A DNA stretch of 47,892 nucleotides from a virus. Positions 9,845 to 19,623 of this stretch are shown piece after piece. How positions within the stretch are numbered: position 1 is the first letter of the stretch; each line of letters starts with the position of its first letter. The stretch is taken from IMG/VR virus record IMGVR_UViG_3300009703_000002, positions 1 through 47,892 of that record; one strand, 5' to 3'. The position numbers and the translations under genes are program-made. Below the pieces are notes generated by a model, which saw only the letters and a program-made list of their open reading frames with translations, was not told where the DNA came from and ran no database searches.

Positions 9845-10567
9845 TTAAGTTTGTTTTCCTACTTTTTTTCCTGCATTTCTCCATCGTTCAGTCACTTCTC
9901 GTGTGCTAGCCCCAACAGGGACTCTAGCAGAAAGATTACTATTATCACTAGGTTTTACAGCATCAGTATTAACTGTTGGCTGTATCCTAGCGGCAGGGGT
10001 TTCTTTTTGCTCAAAACCAACCATTTTAAAAATAGCTTGAGGAGATGTTGCAGCTAGTTGATTCATCATTTGAACACTTAGACCAGCTTCTTGTGCTAGA
10101 GCAGTATAGACCTCTTCCGCTTTTTCACCAAATTGTTTATCAAAAGCTTCGACAACTTTTTGGGAATTAGCTTTAGTAACAGCCTCTTGCTCATGCTTTG
10201 AAAGAACACTGGAAACTATTTGTTCTACTGTATCTTGAGTTAATGAATCTCCAGAGGGTTTCTCTTGAGGATTAATTCCAGACTTAATTTCATTAAGAAT
10301 ATCTTCTGCGGTTTGTCTTTTTTCGAGCTCAGTTTTTGCTTCTTCGGCTGCTTGCTTAGCAGCAGCTAGTTCCGTCTTCATGTTAGCAATGTGCTTCTGT
10401 GCATAAGGAACTGATTTAAGAGCTTCGTCTAAAGTTGCATATTTTTTTCCTTCTCCTACAAGCTCAACAAGTTCTTGTGGAATAGTTGGTGCTGGTGGAG
10501 TATCTACTACAGTTGGTTTATCTTCAGGAAGGGTTTCCTGATTATCAAAAATTGTCGGTTCTGTCAT
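9845..10567 (-). CDS. Scaffolding protein (240 aa)
   Basis: Acidic, Ala/Glu/Lys/Gln-rich, helical-looking sequence between the portal and capsid genes. Confidence 0.55.
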   Translation of the reverse strand: MTEPTIFDNQETLPEDKPTVVDTPPAPTIPQELVELVGEGKKYATLDEALKSVPYAQKHIANMKTELAAAKQAAEEAKTELEKRQTAEDILNEIKSGINPQEKPSGDSLTQDTVEQIVSSVLSKHEQEAVTKANSQKVVEAFDKQFGEKAEEVYTALAQEAGLSVQMMNQLAATSPQAIFKMVGFEQKETPAARIQPTVNTDAVKPSDNSNLSARVPVGASTREVTERWRNAGKKVGKQT

Positions 10568-10788
10568 TATTTTCCTTGGTCAGGTATTAATTTAAGAATC
10601 TTGGATAAAGCTTTTTGTTGTCCTAATTGGAATGCTTGGTATTCAGACCAACTAGGTAAAGTAAAACTTTCTTCACTAAGACTATTTCTTGTGGAAATAG
10701 CTAGTTCTTCTTTAAGAAATTTAATTAAGAAAAGATATACTTCTTCTTTAGTTAATTTATTATCTTCTTGATTTAAAATATTAATCAT
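10567..10788 (-). CDS. Hypothetical protein (73 aa)
   Basis: ORF track. It is the first gene after the internal promoter and has a 1-nt overlap with the scaffold gene. Confidence 0.5.
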   Translation of the reverse strand: MINILNQEDNKLTKEEVYLFLIKFLKEELAISTRNSLSEESFTLPSWSEYQAFQLGQQKALSKILKLIPDQGK

Positions 10789-10797
10789 ATAATGTCT

Positions 10798-10826
10798 ATT
10801 ATATCATACTTTTCTTGTTTTGTCAA
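10798..10826 (-). promoter_or_regulatory. Consensus sigma-70 promoter inside the late operon
   Basis: The minus strand reads TTGACA (10826-10821), a 17-nt spacer, then TATAAT (10803-10798). It lies 9 nt upstream of the ATG at 10788. Confidence 0.65.
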
Positions 10827-10833
10827 GAGAAAA

Positions 10834-12597
10834 TTACTCTTCTGGGAGTAATCCTTCCTCAACAGGAGTTATCGACTCTTGTTCAACAGAAGATTGTGCT
10901 TGATTCATTAACTGTTGTGTTTCTTTGCCTTCAAATACAGCAGCGTTATCTTTAATAAAACTAAATTGTTCAAAACCCATGTATTCATCTATCATTTTAG
11001 CCATATTCTTAGCTGAGATATGTGGAGCAATAATATTTCCAACAGGACTATTAAAGACACCAACTAAGTTTTGCATTAATTGCGCTCTAGCAGCATAATG
11101 TCTAGCTCCTATAGGACGTAGTTTCCCTCGTGAAGTAATGTCTTCTTTAGTTATACTAATGAAATCCATAACTCCTAAATCATCATCAATAACTCTAGCA
11201 ACATCTGTAGTATCCATATAGCGTTTAGCCGTTTCAAGCATCATATTAATAAGAGGCTCAATAAATTGAGTTTCAAATTTATTGATTTTGTTTTGAAAAA
11301 TTCTACCAGCGGCATTCTGAAGACTTTGAACTTCAAAGGCTGTTTTCTCTCCGGGAGAACGAATACCCATTGCTTCTTTAGGAGCACCAGCCATTTCTTC
11401 CATTAATTGAAGTAGATATGCTATTTCATTATTTACTTGAAAAGCTGCTGATTCAGGAGGTAGTGTTGTAAAATCTCCGTCTTCAGAAAGTTGAATTACT
11501 GCATCTGGCCCCCACTCAAAAGGTTCTACCTGTCCTTTAAGAATCTTAGGCGGGTGTATAGTCATATCAAGAGCATCAGCTTTAATATTTTCTAGATGAT
11601 CCAAACGATATTGCATTCCTACTAGATTATCCAGTGGCCCCATTCCATACAGATTGTCTGGTCTATCTCTCCAAGTAACATGAGCTTTATTAGCAGAACC
11701 AAGCCAACTAGGATTAGGAATATTTCTTAAAATATGAGTCCTATCTGCAATAGTGATAATTCTATTTTCTTCTAATTCTCCTGTATTAATATTAAACCAA
11801 TCTCCCTCAAATTCAAGGAGTTCTACCATACCAGATTGATAATATTCTTGTAGAGAACCAAAGCCATCTATCATCATAGACTCTGCTTTAGCAATATCTT
11901 CTGTTTTAAAACTAGATAATTGTCCTCGTATTTCAAAGAGAGCGTTAAAAGTATCCTCTTTAAACTGTAAGTCTGGACGACTTTGTATATCTTTCTTAAT
12001 CTCTCCTAGAGACTTCAAATATCTTGTAAACTTAGGAGCTTCTTTATAAGACATTGCTGTTGGATTAAATACATGGTCAAACATAGAAACTCGAACAGCT
12101 TTAGGCCCAATATATACAGGAACATCATTCCCTTCAACATCTTTTGTTTTCTCTGTTACCCAGATAACCTCAGCAAAAGCATTTCCATTATCAATATAAT
12201 CATAAAGAGCTTGACTAACAAACTCACGAAAACCACTCTCTCGAATTTTATTTCCCATGTAAGCTTCAATAGCAACACGTTTACTTTTGATAACAGCGTC
12301 TTTACTATATCCTTCCCATTTTAACCAAGAATCATTCGGAAATAAAGCATCCATATAATTAGCATGAAGGTTATCTCTGATTTGAGTTATCTTAGGGATA
12401 GTTGTTTTATTTTTCCAAGGAAGTTTACTATTAGTTGTCTTTGTTGTATCTGTAGCAAAAAGATAATTACGAAGCTCTCTTGCTTCGGCATCCTTAACAC
12501 CTCTTTGCATATACCAGTTATCATAGAGCATAACAAGTTGTTTTGCCATATTATCTGGTGTAAGTATTCCTTCGATTTGTGCTATTTTACCAGCCAT
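10834..12597 (-). CDS. Portal (head-tail connector) protein (587 aa)
   Basis: Immediately downstream of the terminase large subunit. Size and position are typical of podovirus portals. Confidence 0.7.
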   Translation of the reverse strand: MAGKIAQIEGILTPDNMAKQLVMLYDNWYMQRGVKDAEARELRNYLFATDTTKTTNSKLPWKNKTTIPKITQIRDNLHANYMDALFPNDSWLKWEGYSKDAVIKSKRVAIEAYMGNKIRESGFREFVSQALYDYIDNGNAFAEVIWVTEKTKDVEGNDVPVYIGPKAVRVSMFDHVFNPTAMSYKEAPKFTRYLKSLGEIKKDIQSRPDLQFKEDTFNALFEIRGQLSSFKTEDIAKAESMMIDGFGSLQEYYQSGMVELLEFEGDWFNINTGELEENRIITIADRTHILRNIPNPSWLGSANKAHVTWRDRPDNLYGMGPLDNLVGMQYRLDHLENIKADALDMTIHPPKILKGQVEPFEWGPDAVIQLSEDGDFTTLPPESAAFQVNNEIAYLLQLMEEMAGAPKEAMGIRSPGEKTAFEVQSLQNAAGRIFQNKINKFETQFIEPLINMMLETAKRYMDTTDVARVIDDDLGVMDFISITKEDITSRGKLRPIGARHYAARAQLMQNLVGVFNSPVGNIIAPHISAKNMAKMIDEYMGFEQFSFIKDNAAVFEGKETQQLMNQAQSSVEQESITPVEEGLLPEE

Positions 12598-12607
12598 TTA
12601 ATTTCCT

Positions 12608-14143
12608 CTAATTGAAAGCAACGCCGCCAAAACGTTTGTGAGTAACAACATTGTCACCTAAAGACATCATACCAAAATTTATTCTTGGAATAATAGCTAT
12701 GGATATTGCATTTGCCAAACTATCTTTAATATCATCATGTGGAGGTCTAACCATTGTAAGTTCTTCTTCTAAAGTTTGACAATTTCCTCCTTTATAATGC
12801 CAAACCTGTAAATTATCATATTTAGGTTCTAGAATGGCACTGAGCCTTTCCTCCTTTTGTCCTTCATGTCTATTAGGACGATACTCATCTACAGACAATG
12901 GAAGTCCATTTGGTTTAATATAAGACTCTTTTAATTCTTTTACAATAGTTTGTTGAGCTACAGTAACTTCTGCTCTAACTTTTCTAAAACCCCATTTCTG
13001 TTGAGCTTTTACTAAGTGATTAAAATATTCAACAATTCGGTCTGTTTTAAATCTATCTATATCTAAAACATAGAAGTTACCTTGATGATCTACACCAACT
13101 ACAACAATAGCAGAGTAATCAGCCTTTTTCTTCATAGAGAAAGCAAAGTCAATCGCTGCATAGACATTTAATTTTTTATCTCGGAAAAACCAATCTCCCT
13201 CTCTATTTACGAGAAAAGACCTTTCATAATACTGGAACTTGTCTGAATTAATTCTAGAGTTTTCTGAGGCATTTGGATTATTATAATATTGAGAATAAAA
13301 TTGTGTATAGTCAACATATTTTCCTTTTATCTTAGCAAGAATTTCCAGATTAAATCCAAAGGATTTTCCATCTGGTCTTGTTTGCCTAGGCCAAAGGAAT
13401 TCTTGGTCAATTTCTACAACTTGCTGAAAGAGTTCATATAAATCATCTTCATCTATCGAATTACCTTCCCCATCGAAGATTTCCTCTTTCATATTAATCA
13501 TGGTATCATAAATATCTTTGGGATGGTATCTAGTACCAACAACCCATTCCTGAGCTTCTGGATTCTCAATAGAAGCTAATTGAGAGTATGCCGATGCGAC
13601 TTTACTTCGTCCCTCTTCTGTGTAAGCATTAGTAGGAACAACAATATCATCAAGAACAACAACGTCAGCATGAAAGCCAGTAGTATTAGAGGTGAGACCA
13701 ACAGCCTTACAAGTTGCATCACGAATACCCTCAAGCTTTCTTTTAGGATGATCTATGGCTATTTCAGCTACAGCCCATTTTTCTCTCTTACCCTCTTCAG
13801 GGTCAATCATTTCAGGCCAATATCTTTTATATATCTTAGAAGATAGAATTTGTTTTATTTGATATAACTGTTTTTCTGCTAAATCTGCTGTAGCAGACAC
13901 ATATAAAATAGTTGTTTCTGGGTGTTTAGTTATCCACCAAGCAGCTCTATAAGCAGCTAGTTTACTTTTAAGATGTCCTCTAGGAAGAAGAACAAGTTGA
14001 TTTGCTTTTGCATCTTCTCTATTCCACCAGCTAATTAGTTCTTCATGAATAGAACCTAGTAAGAGATGAGGAGCTACTAACCTAATAAAAGAAAGTAGAT
14101 CATTTTCTGCCTTCTCTTTTATTAGTTGTATTTTATTATTCAT
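12608..14143 (-). CDS. terL: Terminase large subunit (511 aa)
   Basis: Walker A-like LLPRGHLKSKL, Walker B-like ADVVVLDDIV, and a C-terminal nuclease-like region (AAIDFAFS...VVVGVD). Confidence 0.85.
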   Translation of the reverse strand: MNNKIQLIKEKAENDLLSFIRLVAPHLLLGSIHEELISWWNREDAKANQLVLLPRGHLKSKLAAYRAAWWITKHPETTILYVSATADLAEKQLYQIKQILSSKIYKRYWPEMIDPEEGKREKWAVAEIAIDHPKRKLEGIRDATCKAVGLTSNTTGFHADVVVLDDIVVPTNAYTEEGRSKVASAYSQLASIENPEAQEWVVGTRYHPKDIYDTMINMKEEIFDGEGNSIDEDDLYELFQQVVEIDQEFLWPRQTRPDGKSFGFNLEILAKIKGKYVDYTQFYSQYYNNPNASENSRINSDKFQYYERSFLVNREGDWFFRDKKLNVYAAIDFAFSMKKKADYSAIVVVGVDHQGNFYVLDIDRFKTDRIVEYFNHLVKAQQKWGFRKVRAEVTVAQQTIVKELKESYIKPNGLPLSVDEYRPNRHEGQKEERLSAILEPKYDNLQVWHYKGGNCQTLEEELTMVRPPHDDIKDSLANAISIAIIPRINFGMMSLGDNVVTHKRFGGVAFN

Positions 14144-14342
14144 TCTTAGGAATCTTCTTCCTCAACTCATGAATCTTTTTTCCTGTGTACATCTCAACAA
14201 GACGACCTACAGTCCAAACCCCAGTAAGAATAGCAGCAATAGTTGCTGTAATGAGTTGTAAATCTCCCAGCCAAATTACTCCTACAGTTGTTACTGAGAC
14301 TGCATCTACTGTGTGTTTAATATTTTCAACAGCTCTTTGCAT
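14136..14342 (-). CDS. Small membrane protein (68 aa)
   Basis: ORF track. It has a hydrophobic core VTTVGVIWLGDLQLITATIAAILTGVWTV and a basic C-terminus, and overlaps both neighbours. Confidence 0.5.
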   Translation of the reverse strand: MQRAVENIKHTVDAVSVTTVGVIWLGDLQLITATIAAILTGVWTVGRLVEMYTGKKIHELRKKIPKNE

Positions 14343-16264
14343 TATAATCTAACATCATAATAAACATTATATATCCCAGCCGTTACTACTGCACCCGCAG
14401 AAGCATCATATACTTGAACATCAATATTCGTAGCATCAAGAGCAATAACATTGAAAATGTAATCTACTCCAGGATGTCTTCCAGTGACTTGTGCAAATTG
14501 TGGTGTACTACCCAAACCATGTGCTATTACAGCAGTACCATCTCCCTCAGTTGTCATATTTACTGAACCAGCAGCATAATCAGAAGCACCTCTTACATTG
14601 ACAAACTTATTACTTGTATCACCACTTGAATTTGTAATAGTTCCAGCGATTCTACCTCCTGTGAAAGTATTATTTTGTGAACCAGCAAGAAGAGTTAGGT
14701 CAGTAGTCACCCCGCCCTTTAAATGTCCAAGTTTAAAGTTGTTATTATCAGCCGTCCCTTGTAAATATAAATTATTATTAGCATCTTTAGAAGATACAAA
14801 TAAGGAATTATCCGTGCCATATACATTTATTCCTATTAATGGAGTTACTTTAGTTCCATTAGGGTCATAATCAACCACAATACGACCACTCCAAGTGTCC
14901 CCTCTCAAATTTACTCCATTTGTATTGTCAGCAGGATTTACAACCTGTACATCAATATTATTATCGCTTATCGTCCCATATGTTTCCAAGGTAGTGACTC
15001 CTGTGTCAGTGGTGTTACTTATAATGCCCTCGAATGAACAGTGGGTAAGTGTTCCAGCATGAGCCAAGGTTCCGGGGATTAAATACAATCCATTACTACA
15101 CGCATCAACAGTAAAATTTATGTCAATATTGTAATAACTTGCTCCCTGTAAAATCACAGCTTGACCTACGCAGTCCTTAGCGACAACATTGCCAATTGAA
15201 ATGTTGGATATAGTTCTTGCTCCCGTTGCTACTGCGACATCCTGCAATAACAGAACACCACGTTTACCAGCAGACACAGCGGATGTCGGAGCCTGTACAA
15301 TAATATTCCCAATTGAGTAGTTATAGACATCTTGGCCTAATGCCTCAATAATGAAAGCATCATCACCTAATGTTTTAATGTAAATTTCACCACCAACTAC
15401 ATTAATAGTATCAATAAAGTGAATGCCGTCAGAGTTGCTTTCAGCACTGTGGTCACAACGGGTGTTATGAATGTCTACCTCATTGCATTTCTGAATGCGA
15501 ATACCCCAATCTCCGGGATTTATGGAGGTAATATCAAGGTCAAAATTTGTGATGTCAAACGCCCACAGATTAAACCCGCTATTAGTTTGATTTGCCTCAT
15601 TCCCATCAATTGTAAAGTCTTTCAATGAAACATTACTTACCGACGCGGCTCTATCGGTGTTGATTACATCAATTTCAGAAGCATCTTTTGCTTTAAATGT
15701 AAAAGAACCTGATATATCCAAGTCGCTCTTGAGTAACAACCCATAAGCCCTTCCTGAAATGGTTGAGCCAGAATCTCCTACAATATAGGTATTGCCCGTG
15801 TTATCAACAATAGGTATGCCATTAGCCGAGGCATAATCTATTACAGCCTGCAATGCTACTGTGTGGTCTGCATCACTCAAAGTCACATAATCCGCGAAAC
15901 TTAGCGTGTCTCTTACTTTATCTTGTAATGTTCTCGCTATTGCACCGGCTCCATTTTGAAGAAAACCACTTAAAGAAGAACCACTAGAAGCTCCCAAATC
16001 GCTTCGAAGAACTGCGGAAGCTGCTCCTGTAGCATCTACATCTGAAATGTCTGATAATCTAGCAGCACTTGAGGAAGTCGTAGGAGGGCCAAGATTAGGA
16101 ATCTCATTTCCATTCATATCTAGAGCAGCACTCATCTGATTAGGAGCTGTCCCATCACGAGAAAGAGTGTTTTCTAACGCCGTTTCTATTAGAGTATTAT
16201 TTGCATTATAAGCAGAGACAAGTTGAAAGCCTCCTGCAATATCAGTTAGAATAAGTTTTGCCAT
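14342..16264 (-). CDS. Tail fibre / tailspike with probable beta-helix (pectate-lyase-like) body (640 aa)
   Basis: The N-terminus (AYNANNTLIETALENTLSRDGTAPNQMSAALDMNGNEIPNLGPP) matches the widespread phage tail-fibre N-terminal motif. The body has repetitive Asn/Gly/Ile-rich turns typical of right-handed beta-helices. Confidence 0.6.
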   Translation of the reverse strand: MAKLILTDIAGGFQLVSAYNANNTLIETALENTLSRDGTAPNQMSAALDMNGNEIPNLGPPTTSSSAARLSDISDVDATGAASAVLRSDLGASSGSSLSGFLQNGAGAIARTLQDKVRDTLSFADYVTLSDADHTVALQAVIDYASANGIPIVDNTGNTYIVGDSGSTISGRAYGLLLKSDLDISGSFTFKAKDASEIDVINTDRAASVSNVSLKDFTIDGNEANQTNSGFNLWAFDITNFDLDITSINPGDWGIRIQKCNEVDIHNTRCDHSAESNSDGIHFIDTINVVGGEIYIKTLGDDAFIIEALGQDVYNYSIGNIIVQAPTSAVSAGKRGVLLLQDVAVATGARTISNISIGNVVAKDCVGQAVILQGASYYNIDINFTVDACSNGLYLIPGTLAHAGTLTHCSFEGIISNTTDTGVTTLETYGTISDNNIDVQVVNPADNTNGVNLRGDTWSGRIVVDYDPNGTKVTPLIGINVYGTDNSLFVSSKDANNNLYLQGTADNNNFKLGHLKGGVTTDLTLLAGSQNNTFTGGRIAGTITNSSGDTSNKFVNVRGASDYAAGSVNMTTEGDGTAVIAHGLGSTPQFAQVTGRHPGVDYIFNVIALDATNIDVQVYDASAGAVVTAGIYNVYYDVRL

Positions 16265-16527
16265 TATTTAGCCTTCCTTTTTTTACGTGATGCCTCTTTA
16301 TTTGCATTAGTCTTAGCAGAAACTATTCTGATATTACTTTTTTTATTTGAACCTCCACGAGAGAGCTCTTTTTTATGGTCAGCTTGTCGTGGGTCTCCTA
16401 CTTTTAGTCCAGCTTTTTTACGAGCAGCATTTCTTTGTGCTCGTTGCTTAACCCGCTTAGGCTTCTTTTTGTGCTCCCAAGCAAGCTCTTTTTTATAATC
16501 TCTTTTCCCATTTGTCATAAAGGGCAT
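16264..16527 (-). CDS. Very basic 87-aa protein with a degenerate HNH-like core
   Basis: ADHKKELSRGGSNKKSNIRIVSAKTNANK parallels the HNH pattern DH-x3-LS-x-GG-x4-SN-L-x3-C-x2-CN-x2-K, but Ser/Thr replace the cysteines. The protein is Lys/Arg-rich throughout. Confidence 0.4.
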   Translation of the reverse strand: MPFMTNGKRDYKKELAWEHKKKPKRVKQRAQRNAARKKAGLKVGDPRQADHKKELSRGGSNKKSNIRIVSAKTNANKEASRKKRKAK

Positions 16528-16649
16528 TAAAGTCTTCTCCTTCTTTTATTTATCATCCAATGAGCTGCATTAATAGCAGCACTTACAATATTAAAATACC
16601 ATGAGTTTGTGTCAAAAGAGTTTGTACTAAAGGAGTTTTCATCAAACAT
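16527..16649 (-). CDS. Micro-ORF, 40 aa (MFDENSFSTNSFDTNSWYFNIVSAAINAAHWMINKRRRRL)
   Basis: Manual translation. It fills the gap between 16654-17988 and 16264-16527, and its TAA overlaps the next ATG (TAATG). Confidence 0.3.
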   Translation of the reverse strand: MFDENSFSTNSFDTNSWYFNIVSAAINAAHWMINKRRRRL

Positions 16650-16653
16650 TAAA

Positions 16654-17988
16654 CTAAACTCCTCTCCATTTATCTCCAGAAGCTCCTGTACCTAATACTT
16701 CTGCATCATTCATTGATACTGTATTAGCATCCACTTCTCCTGCAACTGTAAATGTCAAACTATCTGTTTTGGTTTTAATTGAAGTTACTCCTGTTTCAAT
16801 AGTAGCAGCATTAGCTATAAAAGAATTAGCACTACAATCGTTCTGAATTGATCCGCTTGTTGAGGCTACTAAACTACTGCCATCAGAACGGTATAGACGT
16901 ACATCAAGGTCAGTGAATCTTACTGGCGTTGTTGTATTTATATTATCCAACAGTAAATTTACAACACTTTCATTTATCATTATCCAATTCAAAGCTGGTG
17001 TGGTGATAGCCCCTATGTAATTTCTGATACCGTTGTCAGTAGTAATTAGATATGCGTACCACGCGCCAATATCCGTTTTTTCCATTTGTCCATCAGGGTC
17101 GTTTATATCAATCTCAATATGACCAACAGTGTCAGCTGTAAGCCCTGTGATAGTTGAACCATCTTTAGCCCAAGAGTCATAAGCCGCCCACGCAGTTTGT
17201 GTATCCAAGAACGTATAGCCAGAAGTAGTTACAACCCCCGTTGAATTTACAATAGGCTCATAAGCACTCGTTCCGCTTTGGTATGTCGCATCAAGCCTGA
17301 CTGTGAAATCCGATGTAAAAGCATAGTTGTTTATATATCCCGCACCACCAGAAACAATTGCTGTTTCAATCTCGACTGTATCTGTCACGTTATATAAACG
17401 AACTTTAGTCCCGTCTGCTAGGTTAGGTGCAGTGATTGCAACTGTGCCCAATACCACTGTGATATTTGGCCCTGTGTTTACATAAGTCGTGCCAGCAGGT
17501 AAATACACAGTAAGACTTCCGCCGCCTGTGTTCACTAGGGTTTGTGTTCCAGTGAAGTCCGCACTACTTAATGTGTAAGAGCCTGACGCTGCTCCGAAAG
17601 ATATAGTACAAGTACCTAGTGTCGGAGAGTACACTCCTGCTGTTGGGTAAATGATCGTACCGCCTGCCACCCTCCCTGATTGATAATCAAGATAGAGTTC
17701 AGGGGTTAACGACCAACCTGTACTTAGTGTGAAGTTGATTCCGTCAGGTGTTATTAAAGGCTCTGTATATTGTAAATTCGCTGCGGTTGCGCCCAAATCT
17801 TGAGAGTAATCATAAAGCTCTTGCAAAGTCCTTGCGCCAGAAAGCACAATTGTCTTTGCACTTCCTGTTATGGTGATTCCGGTATATGCCGCCGCCGTCG
17901 CTTCCGATGCTACGACAAAATTATTATCAGCCATACCATTTGTTTCTACAGAACGAGAACTCCAATCCCTTGCAACAGTCTGAAACAC
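16654..17988 (-). CDS. Tail-fibre-like / receptor-binding-like protein (444 aa)
   Basis: Thr/Gly/Ser/Ala-rich, beta-rich-looking sequence within the fibre block. GC content is visibly higher than the genome background. Confidence 0.45.
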   Translation of the reverse strand: MFQTVARDWSSRSVETNGMADNNFVVASEATAAAYTGITITGSAKTIVLSGARTLQELYDYSQDLGATAANLQYTEPLITPDGINFTLSTGWSLTPELYLDYQSGRVAGGTIIYPTAGVYSPTLGTCTISFGAASGSYTLSSADFTGTQTLVNTGGGSLTVYLPAGTTYVNTGPNITVVLGTVAITAPNLADGTKVRLYNVTDTVEIETAIVSGGAGYINNYAFTSDFTVRLDATYQSGTSAYEPIVNSTGVVTTSGYTFLDTQTAWAAYDSWAKDGSTITGLTADTVGHIEIDINDPDGQMEKTDIGAWYAYLITTDNGIRNYIGAITTPALNWIMINESVVNLLLDNINTTTPVRFTDLDVRLYRSDGSSLVASTSGSIQNDCSANSFIANAATIETGVTSIKTKTDSLTFTVAGEVDANTVSMNDAEVLGTGASGDKWRGV

Positions 17989-17994
17989 ATATCC

Positions 17995-19620
17995 TTACTT
18001 CCTCATTGTTAAGGAAAAAGGCGAATAATCTGTATTGGTAACTGCTGTCCGGTAACACGTTCTATCATAGCTTGCATTGTATGCTTGTCCTAAATGCGTG
18101 CCGGACTGAGTTCCCGCACCGTCTAAAGCAGTTCCGGTAGGGGTCAATGCAACTTGGAATGTGTTGGCTGTAGTGTTTAATGTCCCCGTTTTAACATAAA
18201 TAACCGTATCATTTGGGATAGCTGTAGGAATTGCGCCGGTAGTATGAATAACAAGCTCGCCCCCACTTGTATAAACATCAGCTCCAGTGTAAGTGACGAT
18301 AGCTGGATTAGCAGAGCTTATCGTTATCGAGTTTTGGCAAGTGTGTGTTGGGTTCGCACATTCAATCTTGTTGCGAATGATGAACATCCCTTCACTTGTC
18401 CCGTAAGGGCCAGTATATGTACCATTTGAATCTGTGGCTATCGTGCCAAAAGTCGGCTCATAGTCCGGTGAACCTGCTTTACCTGTGACAATTACATCAT
18501 TGCCGTTTGTGTCTGCAACCCTTATTTGAACATCTTGTATGCCAACAGACGAACTGTTGGTAATAGTTATATCAACAGTGTTACCTATATAACCGTCTAA
18601 ATAACCATCTTTATAGCCTGTGAAACGCATCCACATAAAAACATTGTGCAAATAGTTTGCTTCATCTGTAGTTAAATTCCAGAAGTACACCGAGCCATAA
18701 GTGTTTACATAATTAGATAGAATTATCTGAAATGGCGTATCCCCAACGGGAATACCATTTACAGACATGTCAACTATATCTTGGCCTTGCATTGCAACCG
18801 TTTCACTTGGCGTGACAGAAGCATCCACTAGCGTTATATTATCTGCATCCTGCCCCTGCTCAATAGCAATTCCGAAAGGGGAAGATATTTTCATATATGA
18901 AGCTGAATCATTTGGATATAACCAAACCGGAAAATCTGTACAGGCACAATCAATAAATTCACAGCCATCTTTAGCAAGTGCGGTGTACCAAGCTATTAAA
19001 TGTTTCTCCGCAGGCTGTTTTAGTACGAGTAGTGAACATCCATAGAAACGACCCTCTGAACGCAAGGCTGAGTAAATCCAAGCTGTTGAAGTATTCTTAC
19101 CAGAGGTTATTCTTACCCCTTCCACCCCGCGACCACTTGATAAACGTCCGAACTGCACCTTGCCACCCTGATCGCCGGAAAAGGTTTTATCCAAAGTAGT
19201 AAAGTGTATTGCACCACCAACTTGCCCTAAAAACCCTGTAGCAGCTATATGTATTCCATAAGTCGGAACTCGTAATGAGCGTTCTGCAACTCCAATTTCC
19301 CACGTTCCGTATCCAGCAGCTTGAATGTCAGTAACGTCATAACCAAATGCGTAGGTAGATGTGTTATCAGGGTTTGTATCCCAAGGATGGGAAGGGTGGA
19401 TATTAGCGACAGTACCAGTATTACTTATAACAGCCCTACTTTGCCCCGATCCTGTTCCACCAGTTATCCATACAATACGACGTTCAAGTGATGCTGTAGC
19501 GGGTGAGGCTGTCCATGCTGCACCCGTGTCAGTAATAGATGTGGATGTTCCAGACGTAGCAGTACCACTGGCATATGGAGTGCCGATGTTTATTTTGCCA
19601 CCGGAGATTGTAATAGCCAT
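17995..19620 (-). CDS. Tail-fibre-like / receptor-binding-like protein (541 aa)
   Basis: Thr/Gly/Ser-rich N-terminus with a large beta-rich body, in the same GC-elevated block. Confidence 0.45.
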   Translation of the reverse strand: MAITISGGKINIGTPYASGTATSGTSTSITDTGAAWTASPATASLERRIVWITGGTGSGQSRAVISNTGTVANIHPSHPWDTNPDNTSTYAFGYDVTDIQAAGYGTWEIGVAERSLRVPTYGIHIAATGFLGQVGGAIHFTTLDKTFSGDQGGKVQFGRLSSGRGVEGVRITSGKNTSTAWIYSALRSEGRFYGCSLLVLKQPAEKHLIAWYTALAKDGCEFIDCACTDFPVWLYPNDSASYMKISSPFGIAIEQGQDADNITLVDASVTPSETVAMQGQDIVDMSVNGIPVGDTPFQIILSNYVNTYGSVYFWNLTTDEANYLHNVFMWMRFTGYKDGYLDGYIGNTVDITITNSSSVGIQDVQIRVADTNGNDVIVTGKAGSPDYEPTFGTIATDSNGTYTGPYGTSEGMFIIRNKIECANPTHTCQNSITISSANPAIVTYTGADVYTSGGELVIHTTGAIPTAIPNDTVIYVKTGTLNTTANTFQVALTPTGTALDGAGTQSGTHLGQAYNASYDRTCYRTAVTNTDYSPFSLTMRK

Positions 19621-19623
19621 TAT

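Noticed and set aside
14342-19620. Diversity-generating retroelement targeting the fibre genes
   Set aside because: The genome has no reverse transcriptase ORF, and I noticed no template/variable repeat pair.
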